64,000 nt of DNA. Origin: an uncultured Desulfobacter sp. GTDB taxonomy: Bacteria > Desulfobacterota > Desulfobacteria > Desulfobacterales > Desulfobacteraceae. The stretch is from positions 3,904,001 through 3,968,000 of the forward strand of contig OY762069.1 in NCBI GenBank assembly GCA_963665095.1, written 5' to 3'. Of the stretch, positions 47,676 to 57,960 are shown in pieces (position 1 is the stretch's first letter; every line of letters starts with the position of its first letter). Made by a program: the position numbers and the translations under genes. Under the pieces are notes generated by a model. It made no database searches and had not been told where the DNA came from. It saw only the letters and a list, made by a program, of their open reading frames with translations.

Positions 47676-47720
47676 GTCCTGCCCCGGCCATCTGGCCGGG
47701 GCTTGAGATCTTTTCTTCTG

Positions 47721-49922
47721 TTATGATGGACTGCGTTGCAGGGCGTACACCACCGCAGCCCGGAGCGCCCGTTCCCGAAAACACCCGGGCGCTTCAAGCT
47801 TCATTCTTGCCAGCATGGGCTGGATGGCAGCCGGCGGCCGGAAAAGAAACTGGCGGACAATGCCTGCCACGGTTTTGTACCTGCAGGTGGAGATACTGTC
47901 CTTCAGGCCTTTCAGGGCCTTGGCCAGGACGACCTCTTCCTGGGTATAGTCCGTGCCAAAGGGGAAATCCTTGAAAAATCCCTGGGCAATCAGCGGCTGG
48001 ATCAATTTCCGGATCCGGGCGGGCGTGTTGTTCCGGTAGAGTTCGGGAATCTGGTAATCTGCAGCAATTTTTCCTGCTTTTTTCGCCTGGGACAGAAGCT
48101 CTTCCTGGAATCTGGAATCGGTGATGTTCAGCATGGCCTTAATTACATCCTGGTCGCTTTTTCCGCGGAGATCGGCAATGCCGTACTCCGTAACCACGAT
48201 ATCCCTTAAGTGCCTGGGAATGGTGGTGTGACCGTAGTTGAACACGATATTGGAAGAAAGTTTCCCCTTTGATTTTTTGGTGCTTCTGACCATCATGATC
48301 AACCGGCCGTCATCCAGGGCGTGGGCCATGGATACGAAATTGTACTGACCGCCTACCCCGGAAACAATATTACCGCTTTCAAGTCCGTCTGACACCACGG
48401 CACCTAAAAGCGTCACCATCATGCCGGCATTGACAAAACGTCCCTGCCTGCGCTGCAGGGATTTGAGTTCCTCCCCACCGTAAAGCTGATTCACAAAGTC
48501 CACCCCGGTCATGGAGAACAACTTACGCTCTGTTGCAGGCATGTCATTCAGGACCTGGTAAAAATCCCTGGGGCCGATGAAAAATGCCCCGTGGCAGACC
48601 ACACCTTCCTTCAAGCGGACGCCTAAGCTGCGTTCGAGAACCGATCGGGTTTCCGGGTTGTCAAGATCCGCTGCCAGCGTATAACCGTCATGGATAATGC
48701 AGCCGTCCATGTACTCAAAGGGCCCTTGGATAATGCCATATTTCATCAAAAGCCGGAAATCTCCCCGGGTCAGGCGGGTGCTGATAATCTTCTGCGCCAA
48801 AAGGATATCCAGGATATTGGCGGGAATCTCATCGCTGATGACATTACTGTTGAGCAGTTCCTGGATGCCGGCGTGATCGTAAACCCGTCGCTTGAGAATG
48901 CCGTTTTTATACAGCTGGACAAAAACATCCACCAGCATCTCTGTGGCGCCGTATAATCCTTTTTCAAAGGTACCGGTGCCTCCGATTTTCTCAATCAGGC
49001 CTGAATAGTGTTCTTTTATATTAAACGCTTTTAAGGCCTGGTTATACGCCTCGTTATTTTTGTGGCGCATGATCAGGCTTGAGGCAATGGCATCCCCCAG
49101 CGACCCTATGCCAATCTGAAGGGTCCCGTTATCCTTGATCAGACTGGAGACATGCAGGCCGATGAGATGGTCTGCCGGTGCCACAGCCCCCTTGGGTACG
49201 GAAAACAAAGGGAAATCATATTTGGGATCATCAAGGATCAGGTCGTATTCACCGGCTTCCATGACCGCATCCCCGTACATATAGGGCAGGTTTGAGTTCA
49301 TCTGCCCGATGATCATATTTTTATGTCCCTGTTTCCGGACCTCCTTGAGCTTTGCCACCCCCTCCACGGTGAGATCGGGGTTACAGCTCATGGAGATATA
49401 CCGTTTGTCGCCGTTGGGATTGGGCGCCACCAGATTGCCGATGACATTGAGCCCGTTGTCGATAAGATCCCGGATGGCATGGGTATAATTGCTGGAGATA
49501 TAGTTCTGCTGGGCATAGGGAGAATTGAGATATCCCCCGGCCTTGGTGAAAAATTCGCTGATTTTCACATTGGGGGGCAGGTTGTTTTTTCGCAAATCCT
49601 TGACGTATTCAAACTCCACGAAACCGTCCCAGATACGCTTGACTATGGGATCCAGCAACCGGGCCTCAAGGGTGGAGGAAGCCGCCGGTTTTTCAAGGGA
49701 AAGTGCCGTGATAATGGTCAGATCAATAGAAGGATCGTTTTTAGCCCTTTGATACAGGGCATTGGCCAGGTGATTGGGCTTACCCAGCGCCAGGGGCATG
49801 CCAAATACGATTTTGCGCCCCACCTTGTCCAGAATCTGATCAACACACGCCTCAACATCGTTTACGTAAGTACCCTGTGCCGCTGCCATCACTCCCCCTT
49901 TTACGGTTGTCATGAATGCCAC
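47721..49922 (-). CDS. Acetyl-CoA hydrolase/transferase family protein (start uncertain)
   Basis: PLALGKPN, SCNPD, GTLQIGIG, VSGVGGQYNFV.MAH, VVTEYGIADLRGK. Confidence 0.9.
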   Translation of the reverse strand: MAFMTTVKGGVMAAAQGTYVNDVEACVDQILDKVGRKIVFGMPLALGKPNHLANALYQRAKNDPSIDLTIITALSLEKPAASSTLEARLLDPIVKRIWDGFVEFEYVKDLRKNNLPPNVKISEFFTKAGGYLNSPYAQQNYISSNYTHAIRDLIDNGLNVIGNLVAPNPNGDKRYISMSCNPDLTVEGVAKLKEVRKQGHKNMIIGQMNSNLPYMYGDAVMEAGEYDLILDDPKYDFPLFSVPKGAVAPADHLIGLHVSSLIKDNGTLQIGIGSLGDAIASSLIMRHKNNEAYNQALKAFNIKEHYSGLIEKIGGTGTFEKGLYGATEMLVDVFVQLYKNGILKRRVYDHAGIQELLNSNVISDEIPANILDILLAQKIISTRLTRGDFRLLMKYGIIQGPFEYMDGCIIHDGYTLAADLDNPETRSVLERSLGVRLKEGVVCHGAFFIGPRDFYQVLNDMPATERKLFSMTGVDFVNQLYGGEELKSLQRRQGRFVNAGMMVTLLGAVVSDGLESGNIVSGVGGQYNFVSMAHALDDGRLIMMVRSTKKSKGKLSSNIVFNYGHTTIPRHLRDIVVTEYGIADLRGKSDQDVIKAMLNITDSRFQEELLSQAKKAGKIAADYQIPELYRNNTPARIRKLIQPLIAQGFFKDFPFGTDYTQEEVVLAKALKGLKDSISTCRYKTVAGIVRQFLFRPPAAIQPMLARMKLEAPGCFRERALRAAVVYALQRSPS

Positions 49923-50067
49923 GAATTAACCATATTCTAATACAAACGGCCATGTTGTATAGCATAGGGAAACGGGACACAATCAATGTAGAACCGATTA
50001 TAAAAAAGGCGGGAAAATTATTTAGGCATAGGTAAAACACCTATAGCCGAAGACCCCGGTTCCAGGG

Positions 50068-50733
50068 TCAGGACTGATCAGAATTAAGACTTTGAATCCA
50101 GGTCACGGCATACTTCATCAACTCGGCGGCAGAGGCCAGGTTCATCTTCTTTTTTATGCTTTCATGATAGGTTCCAATGGTTTTCACGCTCAGGTTGAGC
50201 ATGTCCGCGATTTCCCGGCGGGTAAATCCCCTGCCAATGAGCTGGAACACTTCAAGCTCCCGGTTGGATAAGGCATCCACACAGGTGTCACTGGTGGCGG
50301 GGCTGCCAGATACCATTTTTCCTAAAAGCGCATCCACCATTTTGGCCGACAGAAAGCGCTTGCCTCCCAGCACCTGGCGTACGGCAGAGACCACATCAAC
50401 CGTCATCTCCTGTTTGGTGATATAGCCCAGGGCACCTGCCCGCAGCACCCGTTCCGCGTACAGGGATTCATCATGCATGGAGATCACAAGCACCGGCAGA
50501 TCCGGGGCGTGTTCCCTGAGGTAATCAATCAGTTCCATGCCGGACCGGTCTTTAAGCGTAATGTCCACGATGGCAAGGTCAGGAGCGGCGGCATCAATCA
50601 GGGTAATGGCCTGGTCCACGCTTTCCGCCTCACCCACCACCTTGAGATCATTTTCCTCATCAATGAGCTGGGCCAGCCCCTTTCTGAAAACAGGATGGTC
50701 ATCTACAATAAATATTTTTTTTCTATCCTGCAC
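50068..50733 (-). CDS. NarL/FixJ-family response regulator
   Basis: IVDDHPVFR.GL, LSNRELEVF.LIG.G. Confidence 0.95.
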   Translation of the reverse strand: MQDRKKIFIVDDHPVFRKGLAQLIDEENDLKVVGEAESVDQAITLIDAAAPDLAIVDITLKDRSGMELIDYLREHAPDLPVLVISMHDESLYAERVLRAGALGYITKQEMTVDVVSAVRQVLGGKRFLSAKMVDALLGKMVSGSPATSDTCVDALSNRELEVFQLIGRGFTRREIADMLNLSVKTIGTYHESIKKKMNLASAAELMKYAVTWIQSLNSDQS

Positions 50734-51707
50734 CGGACAATGATCCCCCCTGAAGGATTTTCACCAATGGACAGCCCGGCACCAATGAGGTCTGCCCTGT
50801 GCTGCATGATCAGAAGACCGGTCCCTTTACCGCCGTTTCTTCCTTCATCCATGCCGCAGCCGTTGTCCGCCACTTCAATTATGAAATCGGGTGTTTTGGC
50901 CATCACACGGATCTGTATCTCATCTGCCTTTCCATGCCGGGCTGCATTATTCACGGCTTCGCGTACAATATAGTACATATGCGTGAGGACCTCAACGTTG
51001 CCGAACCCCTGATCCTGAACATCCGAGACCACCCGGCATTTCAGCCCGAAGGCCTTTTGCACATCTGCGGCATACCGGCCCAGGGCCGCCATAAACCCAG
51101 TGTCGGCCAGGTCCACAGACAAAAGCCCTCTGACCATGGCCCGGGTTTTGGAGATGGCCTGGTTGATCAGCTCCCGGATTTCCCGGGCCAGCGGGGCATC
51201 ACTGTGCCCCTGCTTTTCAAGGCGGGCGGACAACAGGGATGACATGGCCTCCACTCCGGCCAGATGAGACCCTAAATCGTCATGCAGCACCCGGCCCATC
51301 TGGCGGCGTTCGTTTTCTGAAATTTCTGCGATCTGCCGCTCCAGCTGCTTCTGCCGGGAAATGTCCGTGATGGATGCCACACTCTGCCGGGTACCGGCAA
51401 TCATGGCTACGGTGAGGATACATTCCCGGATGTTGCCGGCACCGTCTCTGACACGGCAGGGATAGTTGCGCGGGGCAAGATCAGGATACCGGCGACGCAA
51501 CCGGTGGTTGGCCATCACCTTTTCCCGGTCCGCATCCGCCAGCAATTCAGTAATTTTTATTTTGCCCTCAATTTGGGATTTCTCAATGCCGGCCATGCGT
51601 TCAAGCTCTGTATTGACCATGGAGATAGTCATGTCCTCTTCAATGAGGATCGTGGCTGTGCCGGTATTTTCAAAAATAGTTTTATAACGGACAAGGAAGT
51701 CTTCCAT
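50703..51707 (-). CDS. PAS sensor histidine kinase (HisKA_3 type)
   Basis: ERRQMGRVLHDDLG, EAVNNA.RH, V.DNG.G, G.GL..M..RA. Confidence 0.92.
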   Translation of the reverse strand: MEDFLVRYKTIFENTGTATILIEEDMTISMVNTELERMAGIEKSQIEGKIKITELLADADREKVMANHRLRRRYPDLAPRNYPCRVRDGAGNIRECILTVAMIAGTRQSVASITDISRQKQLERQIAEISENERRQMGRVLHDDLGSHLAGVEAMSSLLSARLEKQGHSDAPLAREIRELINQAISKTRAMVRGLLSVDLADTGFMAALGRYAADVQKAFGLKCRVVSDVQDQGFGNVEVLTHMYYIVREAVNNAARHGKADEIQIRVMAKTPDFIIEVADNGCGMDEGRNGGKGTGLLIMQHRADLIGAGLSIGENPSGGIIVRCRIEKKYLL

Positions 51708-51708
51708 A

Positions 51709-52989
51709 TCAAGGCCCCAGAAGTTTTGCCAACCACATGGTTAAAGGCGGATAAAAGGTGATCAGGGCAAGATCCACAATCAGCACCAGCAGAAAAGGCA
51801 GAACCCGGCGGCTCACGGCACCAATGCTGCGCCCGGAAATGGATGAGGAGACAATCAGGCAGATGCCCATGGGCGGGGTGAGCATGCCAATGGAAAGATT
51901 GGCCACCACAATGACGCCCAACTGGACCAGATCAATGTGCAGGGCAGGCACCATGGCCGTGATCATGGGCACCAGCAGGATCAGCGCGGCCGTTGTCTCC
52001 ACAAAAATGCCGGTTGCCAGCAGCACCAGATTGATGAGCAGCAGCAGGCAGGCCGGGTTGTCGGTGATGCCAAGAAGGCCGCCGGCCAGATTTTCCGGAA
52101 TCTGTTCAATGGCTGCGATCCAGGAGAAGACATAGGCTGTGGAAATGATGAACATAACCACGGAAGCGGTAATGCCTGCCTGGCCGAATATGGGAACGAT
52201 ATCTTTTAAAGAGATCTGTCTGTATACCGCCATGGATATAAACAGGGCGTAGACTACGGCCACAGCTGCCGATTCCGTGGCCGTGAACATGCCGGAAAGG
52301 ATCCCGCCCAGGATGATCACAGGTGCGCCCAGCGCAAGCCCCCCTCTTTTAAAGGTGTACCACAGCCGGCCCCGGGAAAATTTCTCCCCGGGCGCAAATC
52401 CGTTTTTCCATGAGATGAAGGTGGCCACAGCGATCAAAGAAAGGGCTATGAGCAGGCCCGGCAGAATGCCTGCGGCAAACAATCGGGAGATGGAAGCCCC
52501 GGTGAGAAATCCAAAAATAATCATGGGAATGGACGGGGGGATAACCACCCCTAACGATCCGCCCGCTGCCTGGACAGCCGCTGAAAAATCAGACGGGTAT
52601 CCGGCCCGCTTCATGGCAGGAATAAGGATGGCCCCCACAGCAGCGGTGTCTGCGGCGGCAGATCCTGAAATTCCGGCAAAAAACATGGCTGACACAATGG
52701 ACACAGCGGCAAGTCCGCCGGGAAGCCAGCCTGTCAGGGCATTGGCAAAATCAATGAGCCGCTGGGACATGCCCCCTTTTTCCATGATAGTGCCGGCATA
52801 CATGAACAAAGGAACTGCCATGAGATGAAAGGAGTCGCAGCCTGCCACCATCCGCTGGACCACCACCATCAAAGGGAAATCCCCCTGAACGGCAATGGTA
52901 ACAAGGGAAGCGGTGCCAATGGCAATGGCAATGGGTGTGTTGATTACAAACAGAAAAAACAGGGTGAGAATTAGCAGTTCAGTGGTCAT
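51709..52989 (-). CDS. dctM: TRAP transporter large permease
   Basis: AVPLF..AG.IM, FAGISGSA.AD, IPPSIPMI, TATESA, TPPMG. Confidence 0.95.
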   Translation of the reverse strand: MTTELLILTLFFLFVINTPIAIAIGTASLVTIAVQGDFPLMVVVQRMVAGCDSFHLMAVPLFMYAGTIMEKGGMSQRLIDFANALTGWLPGGLAAVSIVSAMFFAGISGSAAADTAAVGAILIPAMKRAGYPSDFSAAVQAAGGSLGVVIPPSIPMIIFGFLTGASISRLFAAGILPGLLIALSLIAVATFISWKNGFAPGEKFSRGRLWYTFKRGGLALGAPVIILGGILSGMFTATESAAVAVVYALFISMAVYRQISLKDIVPIFGQAGITASVVMFIISTAYVFSWIAAIEQIPENLAGGLLGITDNPACLLLLINLVLLATGIFVETTAALILLVPMITAMVPALHIDLVQLGVIVVANLSIGMLTPPMGICLIVSSSISGRSIGAVSRRVLPFLLVLIVDLALITFYPPLTMWLAKLLGP

Positions 52990-53470
52990 GGGAATTCCTG
53001 CTGCCGGAAAGAACCGAACCCATCCCGGCCAGGGCATGAACCATGAAAATAACACCTGCCACAGGCACCACAGCCATGACTATCCACTTGGGAAGGTTTA
53101 AGGCCGGGGTGATCTGAAGCCGCACAAACCAGGCAAACTTAATACCCCAGATAATCATAACGACAAACAGAACCAGCCCTGCCAGCCAGGAAATAACAGC
53201 AGCCGTCTTTTTCACGGGTCCGGGCAGACGCTGAAAAATGGTGTCCACACCGGGATGGACCTGATGATAATAGGCCACCGTAGCAGCAAAAAAGGTCAGC
53301 CAGACCAGAATAATTCTTGCCAGCTCTTCGGACCAGAACAACGAGTGGTTAAGCACATACCTTGAAAATACCTGGGACGCCACAATCACTGTCATGGCAA
53401 TTCCCATCAGGCTTATCAGGCGCTGCATCCACAGGTTCAGGTGCCGGCTCAGATGTATCAGGGCTTTCAT
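52979..53470 (-). CDS. dctQ: TRAP transporter small permease
   Basis: QVFSRYV....FWSEELAR...VW.TF. Confidence 0.93.
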   Translation of the reverse strand: MKALIHLSRHLNLWMQRLISLMGIAMTVIVASQVFSRYVLNHSLFWSEELARIILVWLTFFAATVAYYHQVHPGVDTIFQRLPGPVKKTAAVISWLAGLVLFVVMIIWGIKFAWFVRLQITPALNLPKWIVMAVVPVAGVIFMVHALAGMGSVLSGSRNSHDH

Positions 53471-53490
53471 TCAGAATAGAAACGCTTTGA

Positions 53491-54474
53491 TTACTTTACG
53501 GCATTGAGCATTCTGTATAAAAGGGCCTGAACCCTGCGTTGGGCATAGAGGTCCATATTTCTCAACTCCGTTACCTTGTGCCTGAAGGCATCAATGTCTG
53601 GATGCTCATTGACCTGCATCCCCTTTTCCTTGAGCAGGGCAAGGCGGGCATTGTTTTTCATACGGTTGTCTTCACGCTGATAGTTTGCCGCCTGGGTCAT
53701 GGCGTTTGAAATCATGTCCCGGTCTTTTTCAGAAAGGCTGTTAAACCAGTTCAGGCTTGCCACATTGATGTGGGGGGAGTAAACATGACGGGTTAAAGTC
53801 ATATACTTTTGAATTTCATAGAATTTATACACTTCCATGACCCAGAGGGGATTTTCCTGGCCGTCAATGACGCCCTGCTCCAGTTCCGTATATATGGGCC
53901 AGGGCATGGGCGTAGGATTGGCGCCCAGGGTCTGCCAGATTGATTTGTGCAGGGCTGAGGACATGACCCTGATCTTAAGGCCCTTGATATCATCCGGGCT
54001 GTTGACAGGCCGCTTGTTGTTGGTCAGATTCCGGAATCCGTTTTCAGAAAAGCAGAGCCCCTTGAACCCCGATGTTTCAAGGCTTTTTAAAATTTCCCGG
54101 CCCAGGGGGCCGTCCAGGATCTCATCTGCCTGGGCATGGTCTTTGAACAGGAACGGATAATTGATTACGCGGACAATGGGGTCAAAGGTATCAAATGGAC
54201 CACCTGTGACAGAGCCCATCTGGATGGAGCCCATCTGGATCTGCTGGAGAATTTCAGTCTCATTTCCCACGGATGCAGAATGGTAAAGCTTTACCTGCCA
54301 GCTGTGGCCTGACTGGTTTTCTATCAAAGATTTAAACTTTTCAGCCACAATATATTGTGCAGAGCCGGGTTTGGTCACCACGGCAAACTTGATGGTTCCG
54401 GATGCCAGCGCGCCCTGAGTGCACCAGACCATCAGAACCGCCACTGCCAGAATTGTAATCCCCGTGTTTCTCAT
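53491..54474 (-). CDS. dctP: TRAP transporter substrate-binding protein
   Basis: Signal peptide; ENGFRNLT, D.KGLKIR, GA.PTPM, IDGQENP. Confidence 0.95.
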   Translation of the reverse strand: MRNTGITILAVAVLMVWCTQGALASGTIKFAVVTKPGSAQYIVAEKFKSLIENQSGHSWQVKLYHSASVGNETEILQQIQMGSIQMGSVTGGPFDTFDPIVRVINYPFLFKDHAQADEILDGPLGREILKSLETSGFKGLCFSENGFRNLTNNKRPVNSPDDIKGLKIRVMSSALHKSIWQTLGANPTPMPWPIYTELEQGVIDGQENPLWVMEVYKFYEIQKYMTLTRHVYSPHINVASLNWFNSLSEKDRDMISNAMTQAANYQREDNRMKNNARLALLKEKGMQVNEHPDIDAFRHKVTELRNMDLYAQRRVQALLYRMLNAVK

Positions 54475-54794
54475 GCTGCCCTCCCTATAATCCATTGTGA
54501 TTTAAAGCTGTTTTATTAAAAAGCGTTAACATTTCACCGAATTCTTCTACGTCTTGAAGCAGCCGCACCACTGTCGAAAAGACCAGTGGCGGTCCGTGAC
54601 CGTTTTATTGAAAACACAGCATGAAGTCAAGGTTTTCACATCTGCTCACAGCACCTGGTTGCATGGCTTATGTATAAATTACATTATAGTTAAAGAAGAG
54701 AGTTCCTTTAGCTTTTACTGTTCTTTTCCCGGCACCTATGGTAAAAAATCGTCGGTTTCTTTTAATTCACGGTAACATAAAAAGGACGAAAAAA

Positions 54795-55154
54795 ATGAAC
54801 AGAAAAGCACTGATGATCAGCTTATCCGTTTTCATTACCGTTGCAGGACTCTGTTTTATCCCTGCATCCCAGGTTACAGCTCAGAATGCCGGGCGCCCTG
54901 AATTAACCCTGGCCGGCGGGAAAAAAGGCCCTGTCCCGTTTAACCATGCCCTCCACCAGCGTGTGACGGGCGACTGCGCTGTCTGCCATAAAGATTTCAG
55001 CAAAGAACCAGGGGCCCTGGAAAAGGCCAAGGCAGCCGGCAAGCTTAAAGCCAGACAGGTTATGAACAAAACCTGTATTGACTGCCACAGAACAAAACAG
55101 AAAGCCGGTGAAAAATCAGGCCCTGTCGGTTGCAATGCCTGTCACTCAGGATAG
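54795..55154 (+). CDS. Periplasmic class III triheme cytochrome c (c7-like)
   Basis: Signal peptide; V.FNHALH; CAVCH, CIDCH, CNACH. Confidence 0.9.
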   Translation: MNRKALMISLSVFITVAGLCFIPASQVTAQNAGRPELTLAGGKKGPVPFNHALHQRVTGDCAVCHKDFSKEPGALEKAKAAGKLKARQVMNKTCIDCHRTKQKAGEKSGPVGCNACHSG

Positions 55155-55213
55155 ATTTTCTGGCAGTCAGCAGTGTAATCTTGAAAGAATTAATTTTAGT
55201 GGAGACGTTTCAG

Positions 55214-55786
55214 ATGAAAAAATTTTCAATAATAGGGCTGACCGTTTTTTTTGCCCTGTTCTTTGCCTCGCTGGCAATTGCTGACACATACGTCAATGCC
55301 ATTGACCAGTTTAAAAAGTCTGAACAGGTTCGGCCCTTTTTCAATAATTGCTATGGGTATGCCGTCTTTCCCACAGTGGGCAAGGGCGCTATTGTTGTGG
55401 GCGCCGCTTTTGGTAAAGGCCGTGTATATCAGGCCGGGCAGATCACCGGCATAGCCACCATCAGCAAGATTTCTGTGGGGTTCCAGCTGGGAGGACAGGC
55501 CTTTTCTGAAATTATCTTTTTTCAGGATAAAAGGGCGTATGATGAATTTACCAGAGGATCATTTGAATTTGACGCCACCGTGTCTGCGGTGGTAGTGACC
55601 GCAGGAGCCCAGGCCAAGGCCGGAAGCCAGGGGGGGACGGCCGGGGCCAGTGCCGGTCCGGCTACGGATGTCCAGGCTGAAACCAACTATTTTAAAGGTA
55701 TGGCTGTTTTTATTAAAGCCAAAGGTGGCTTGATGTATGAGGCTGCTATTGGCGGACAGGTATTCGATTTCACCCCAGTTAAATAG
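55214..55786 (+). CDS. Ysc84/SYLF lipid-binding domain exported protein
   Basis: GYAVFP.VGKG...VG...G.G, S.GFQLGGQ, GGLMYEAAIGGQ.F. Confidence 0.88.
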   Translation: MKKFSIIGLTVFFALFFASLAIADTYVNAIDQFKKSEQVRPFFNNCYGYAVFPTVGKGAIVVGAAFGKGRVYQAGQITGIATISKISVGFQLGGQAFSEIIFFQDKRAYDEFTRGSFEFDATVSAVVVTAGAQAKAGSQGGTAGASAGPATDVQAETNYFKGMAVFIKAKGGLMYEAAIGGQVFDFTPVK

Positions 55787-55859
55787 TGTTTGGGCAAAGA
55801 GTCACCCACCTGCGGCGTTGCGGGGAAATTTGCATCTGGGCAACTCTTCACCCAAACAC
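55786..55859 (+). repeat. Palindromic repeat copy R4 (internally deleted)
   Basis: GTGTTTGGG...CCCAAACAC arms; CCCACCTGCGGCGTTGC and TTGCATCTGGG cores. Confidence 0.85.
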
Positions 55860-55877
55860 CCCTTTGGGGGGCAGATA

Positions 55878-55972
55878 TTTAATTTAAAAACCATTCAAAA
55901 AACTTTTTGAATGGTTTTTAAATTAAACACAGGCGGGTCATAAGATATCGAGGATATCATTTGATCCGCCTG
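55878..55972. terminator. Two hairpins between convergent genes (24-bp perfect palindrome plus GC-rich stem)
   Basis: TTTAATTTAAAAACCATTCAAAAA-ac-TTTTTGAATGGTTTTTAAATTAAA; then ACAGGCGGGTCA...TGATCCGCCTGT followed by a T-tract. Confidence 0.65.
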
Positions 55973-56006
55973 TTTTGTTTTTGTCGGTCTTTTAAAGGGG
56001 TGAGTG

Positions 56007-56729
56007 TTATTCTCCGAGGTAGGCCTCTCTGATTTTTGGGTTTTCCAGAAGTGCGGAGGCCTTGTCTTCCAGGGTCACTTCCCCTGTCTCCATGACGTAT
56101 CCGCGGGACGCTGTCTGCAGTGCCAGGTTGGCGTTCTGCTCAACAACCAGGATGGTGGTTCCCTCTTTTTTGTTAATATCTTTAATGATGTCAAAAATCT
56201 GCTGGATAATGATGGGGGCAAGCCCGAGAGAGGGTTCGTCAAGGAGCAGCACTTTGGGTTTGGTCATAAGTGCTCTGGCAATGGCCAGCATCTGCTGCTC
56301 ACCGCCGGACAGGGTGCCGCCCTGCTGCCTGCGCCGTTCCCCAAGCCTTGGGAACAGGTCATAACCATGCTGGATATCTTTGGCGATCTGTTCTTTGTCA
56401 TTTCTGTGAAAGGCGCCAAGAATCAGATTTTCCTCCACTGTGAGCCTGGGAAAAATTCTTCTGCCTTCGGGCACCTGGCAAAGCCCCATGGTGGGCAGCT
56501 TTTCCGGATTCATTTTGTTGATCATTTTGCCGTCGTACCAGACTTCTCCGGCAGTGGCGTTGACAATCCCGCAAATGGTCATCAAGGTTGTGGATTTGCC
56601 CGCGCCATTGGCGCCGATCATGGCCACAATCTCACCGGGCATGACTTTTATGGACACCCCTTTAAGGGCCTTGATGGACCCGTATCCGGAGTGGACGTTT
56701 TTCATTTCAAGTATTGGCTGATCACTCAT
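56007..56729 (-). CDS. livF: Branched-chain amino acid ABC ATPase
   Basis: GANGAGKST, VPEGRRIF, LSGGEQQMLA, LDEPSLGLAP. Confidence 0.96.
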   Translation of the reverse strand: MSDQPILEMKNVHSGYGSIKALKGVSIKVMPGEIVAMIGANGAGKSTTLMTICGIVNATAGEVWYDGKMINKMNPEKLPTMGLCQVPEGRRIFPRLTVEENLILGAFHRNDKEQIAKDIQHGYDLFPRLGERRRQQGGTLSGGEQQMLAIARALMTKPKVLLLDEPSLGLAPIIIQQIFDIIKDINKKEGTTILVVEQNANLALQTASRGYVMETGEVTLEDKASALLENPKIREAYLGE

Positions 56730-56733
56730 GGAC

Positions 56734-57960
56734 CTACCCCTCCTTTTCTTCAGAGCGCTGGCCCATGCGCTTGGCAGGAATCAAGCCGGCCGGGCGGAAC
56801 AGCATCATCAGGATCATGGTCAAACCGAAAACCAGCATACGGTAGGATTCAAACTGGCGGAAAGCCTCAGGCAGGGCAATCAGGGCAATAACACCCAGGA
56901 TAACACCCGGAATCGAACCCATGCCGCCCAGAACCACCATACACAGCACCATGGCAGACTCTAGGAAGGTAAAGCTTTCAGGCGATACAAATTTCATTCG
57001 TGCGGCAAAAAAAGCACCCGCCAGGCCAGCCAGAAAGGCACCCATGCCGTAGGCCATGAGCTTGTAAATAAAGGTATTTACACCCATGAGTTCAGCAGCA
57101 GTCTCATCCTCACGGATGGATTCCCAGGCCCGGCCCACCCGGGAAAAGTTCAGGCGGTGGACCACAATGATCACCACAATGGCCAGACCTAAGGCAAAAT
57201 AGTAAAACATCTGCAGTTTTTTCACCCAGATGGTTTCAAAACTGACGCCCCCTTCGAAAAGGAAACGGAACCACCCGATACGGTCAAGCCCGAGAATACC
57301 ATTGGGGCCGTTGGTCAGATCCATCCAGTTGTTGAGAATCAGACGGATGATCTCTCCAAACCCCAGGGTAACAATGGCCAGGTAATCCCCGCGCATCCGC
57401 AAGGTGGGATACCCGACAATACAGCCGGCAATGGCCGCAAAAACGGCAGCAAAGGGCAGGCAGACCCAGAAGGCCATGCCATAGGTGGTATTTAAGAGGG
57501 CATAAGTATAGGCACCTACACCATAGAATGCGATATACCCAAGGTCCAGCATGCCGGCAAGGCCCACCACAATATTCAGGCCAAGGCCAAGGCAGATATA
57601 AAACAATACACTGATGGCCACATCCGTACCATACCGTCCGGCAAACTGGGGATAGGCCAGCGCAAAGATAAAAAGCGCTGCCATCCAGATCCAGGCTGGC
57701 ATGGCTGCAGCACCGCTTTTTGCCCCCTGAACCGCCTTTGAAACAGGTCCTGTTATAAATGACGCTGTCCCGCTGGCATGCAGCACATACCCTGCCAGGA
57801 TGACAAGGGACCCGGCTGCAATATACCCCCACACCGTAAATGTCTGTCCAAAGGAAAGCGTACCGTCCGGATGAATTCCGAGCATGGGCCACAGCAGCCC
57901 CAGCAGCCACAGCATGCCCATGGCATAGGGCTTTATTACTTTTTTAAACTCTTGTATCAT
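56734..57960 (-). CDS. livM: Branched-chain amino acid ABC permease
   Basis: GLNIVVGLAG.LDLGY, LRMRGDYLAIVTLGFGEI, IREDE.AA. Confidence 0.95.
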   Translation of the reverse strand: MIQEFKKVIKPYAMGMLWLLGLLWPMLGIHPDGTLSFGQTFTVWGYIAAGSLVILAGYVLHASGTASFITGPVSKAVQGAKSGAAAMPAWIWMAALFIFALAYPQFAGRYGTDVAISVLFYICLGLGLNIVVGLAGMLDLGYIAFYGVGAYTYALLNTTYGMAFWVCLPFAAVFAAIAGCIVGYPTLRMRGDYLAIVTLGFGEIIRLILNNWMDLTNGPNGILGLDRIGWFRFLFEGGVSFETIWVKKLQMFYYFALGLAIVVIIVVHRLNFSRVGRAWESIREDETAAELMGVNTFIYKLMAYGMGAFLAGLAGAFFAARMKFVSPESFTFLESAMVLCMVVLGGMGSIPGVILGVIALIALPEAFRQFESYRMLVFGLTMILMMLFRPAGLIPAKRMGQRSEEKEG

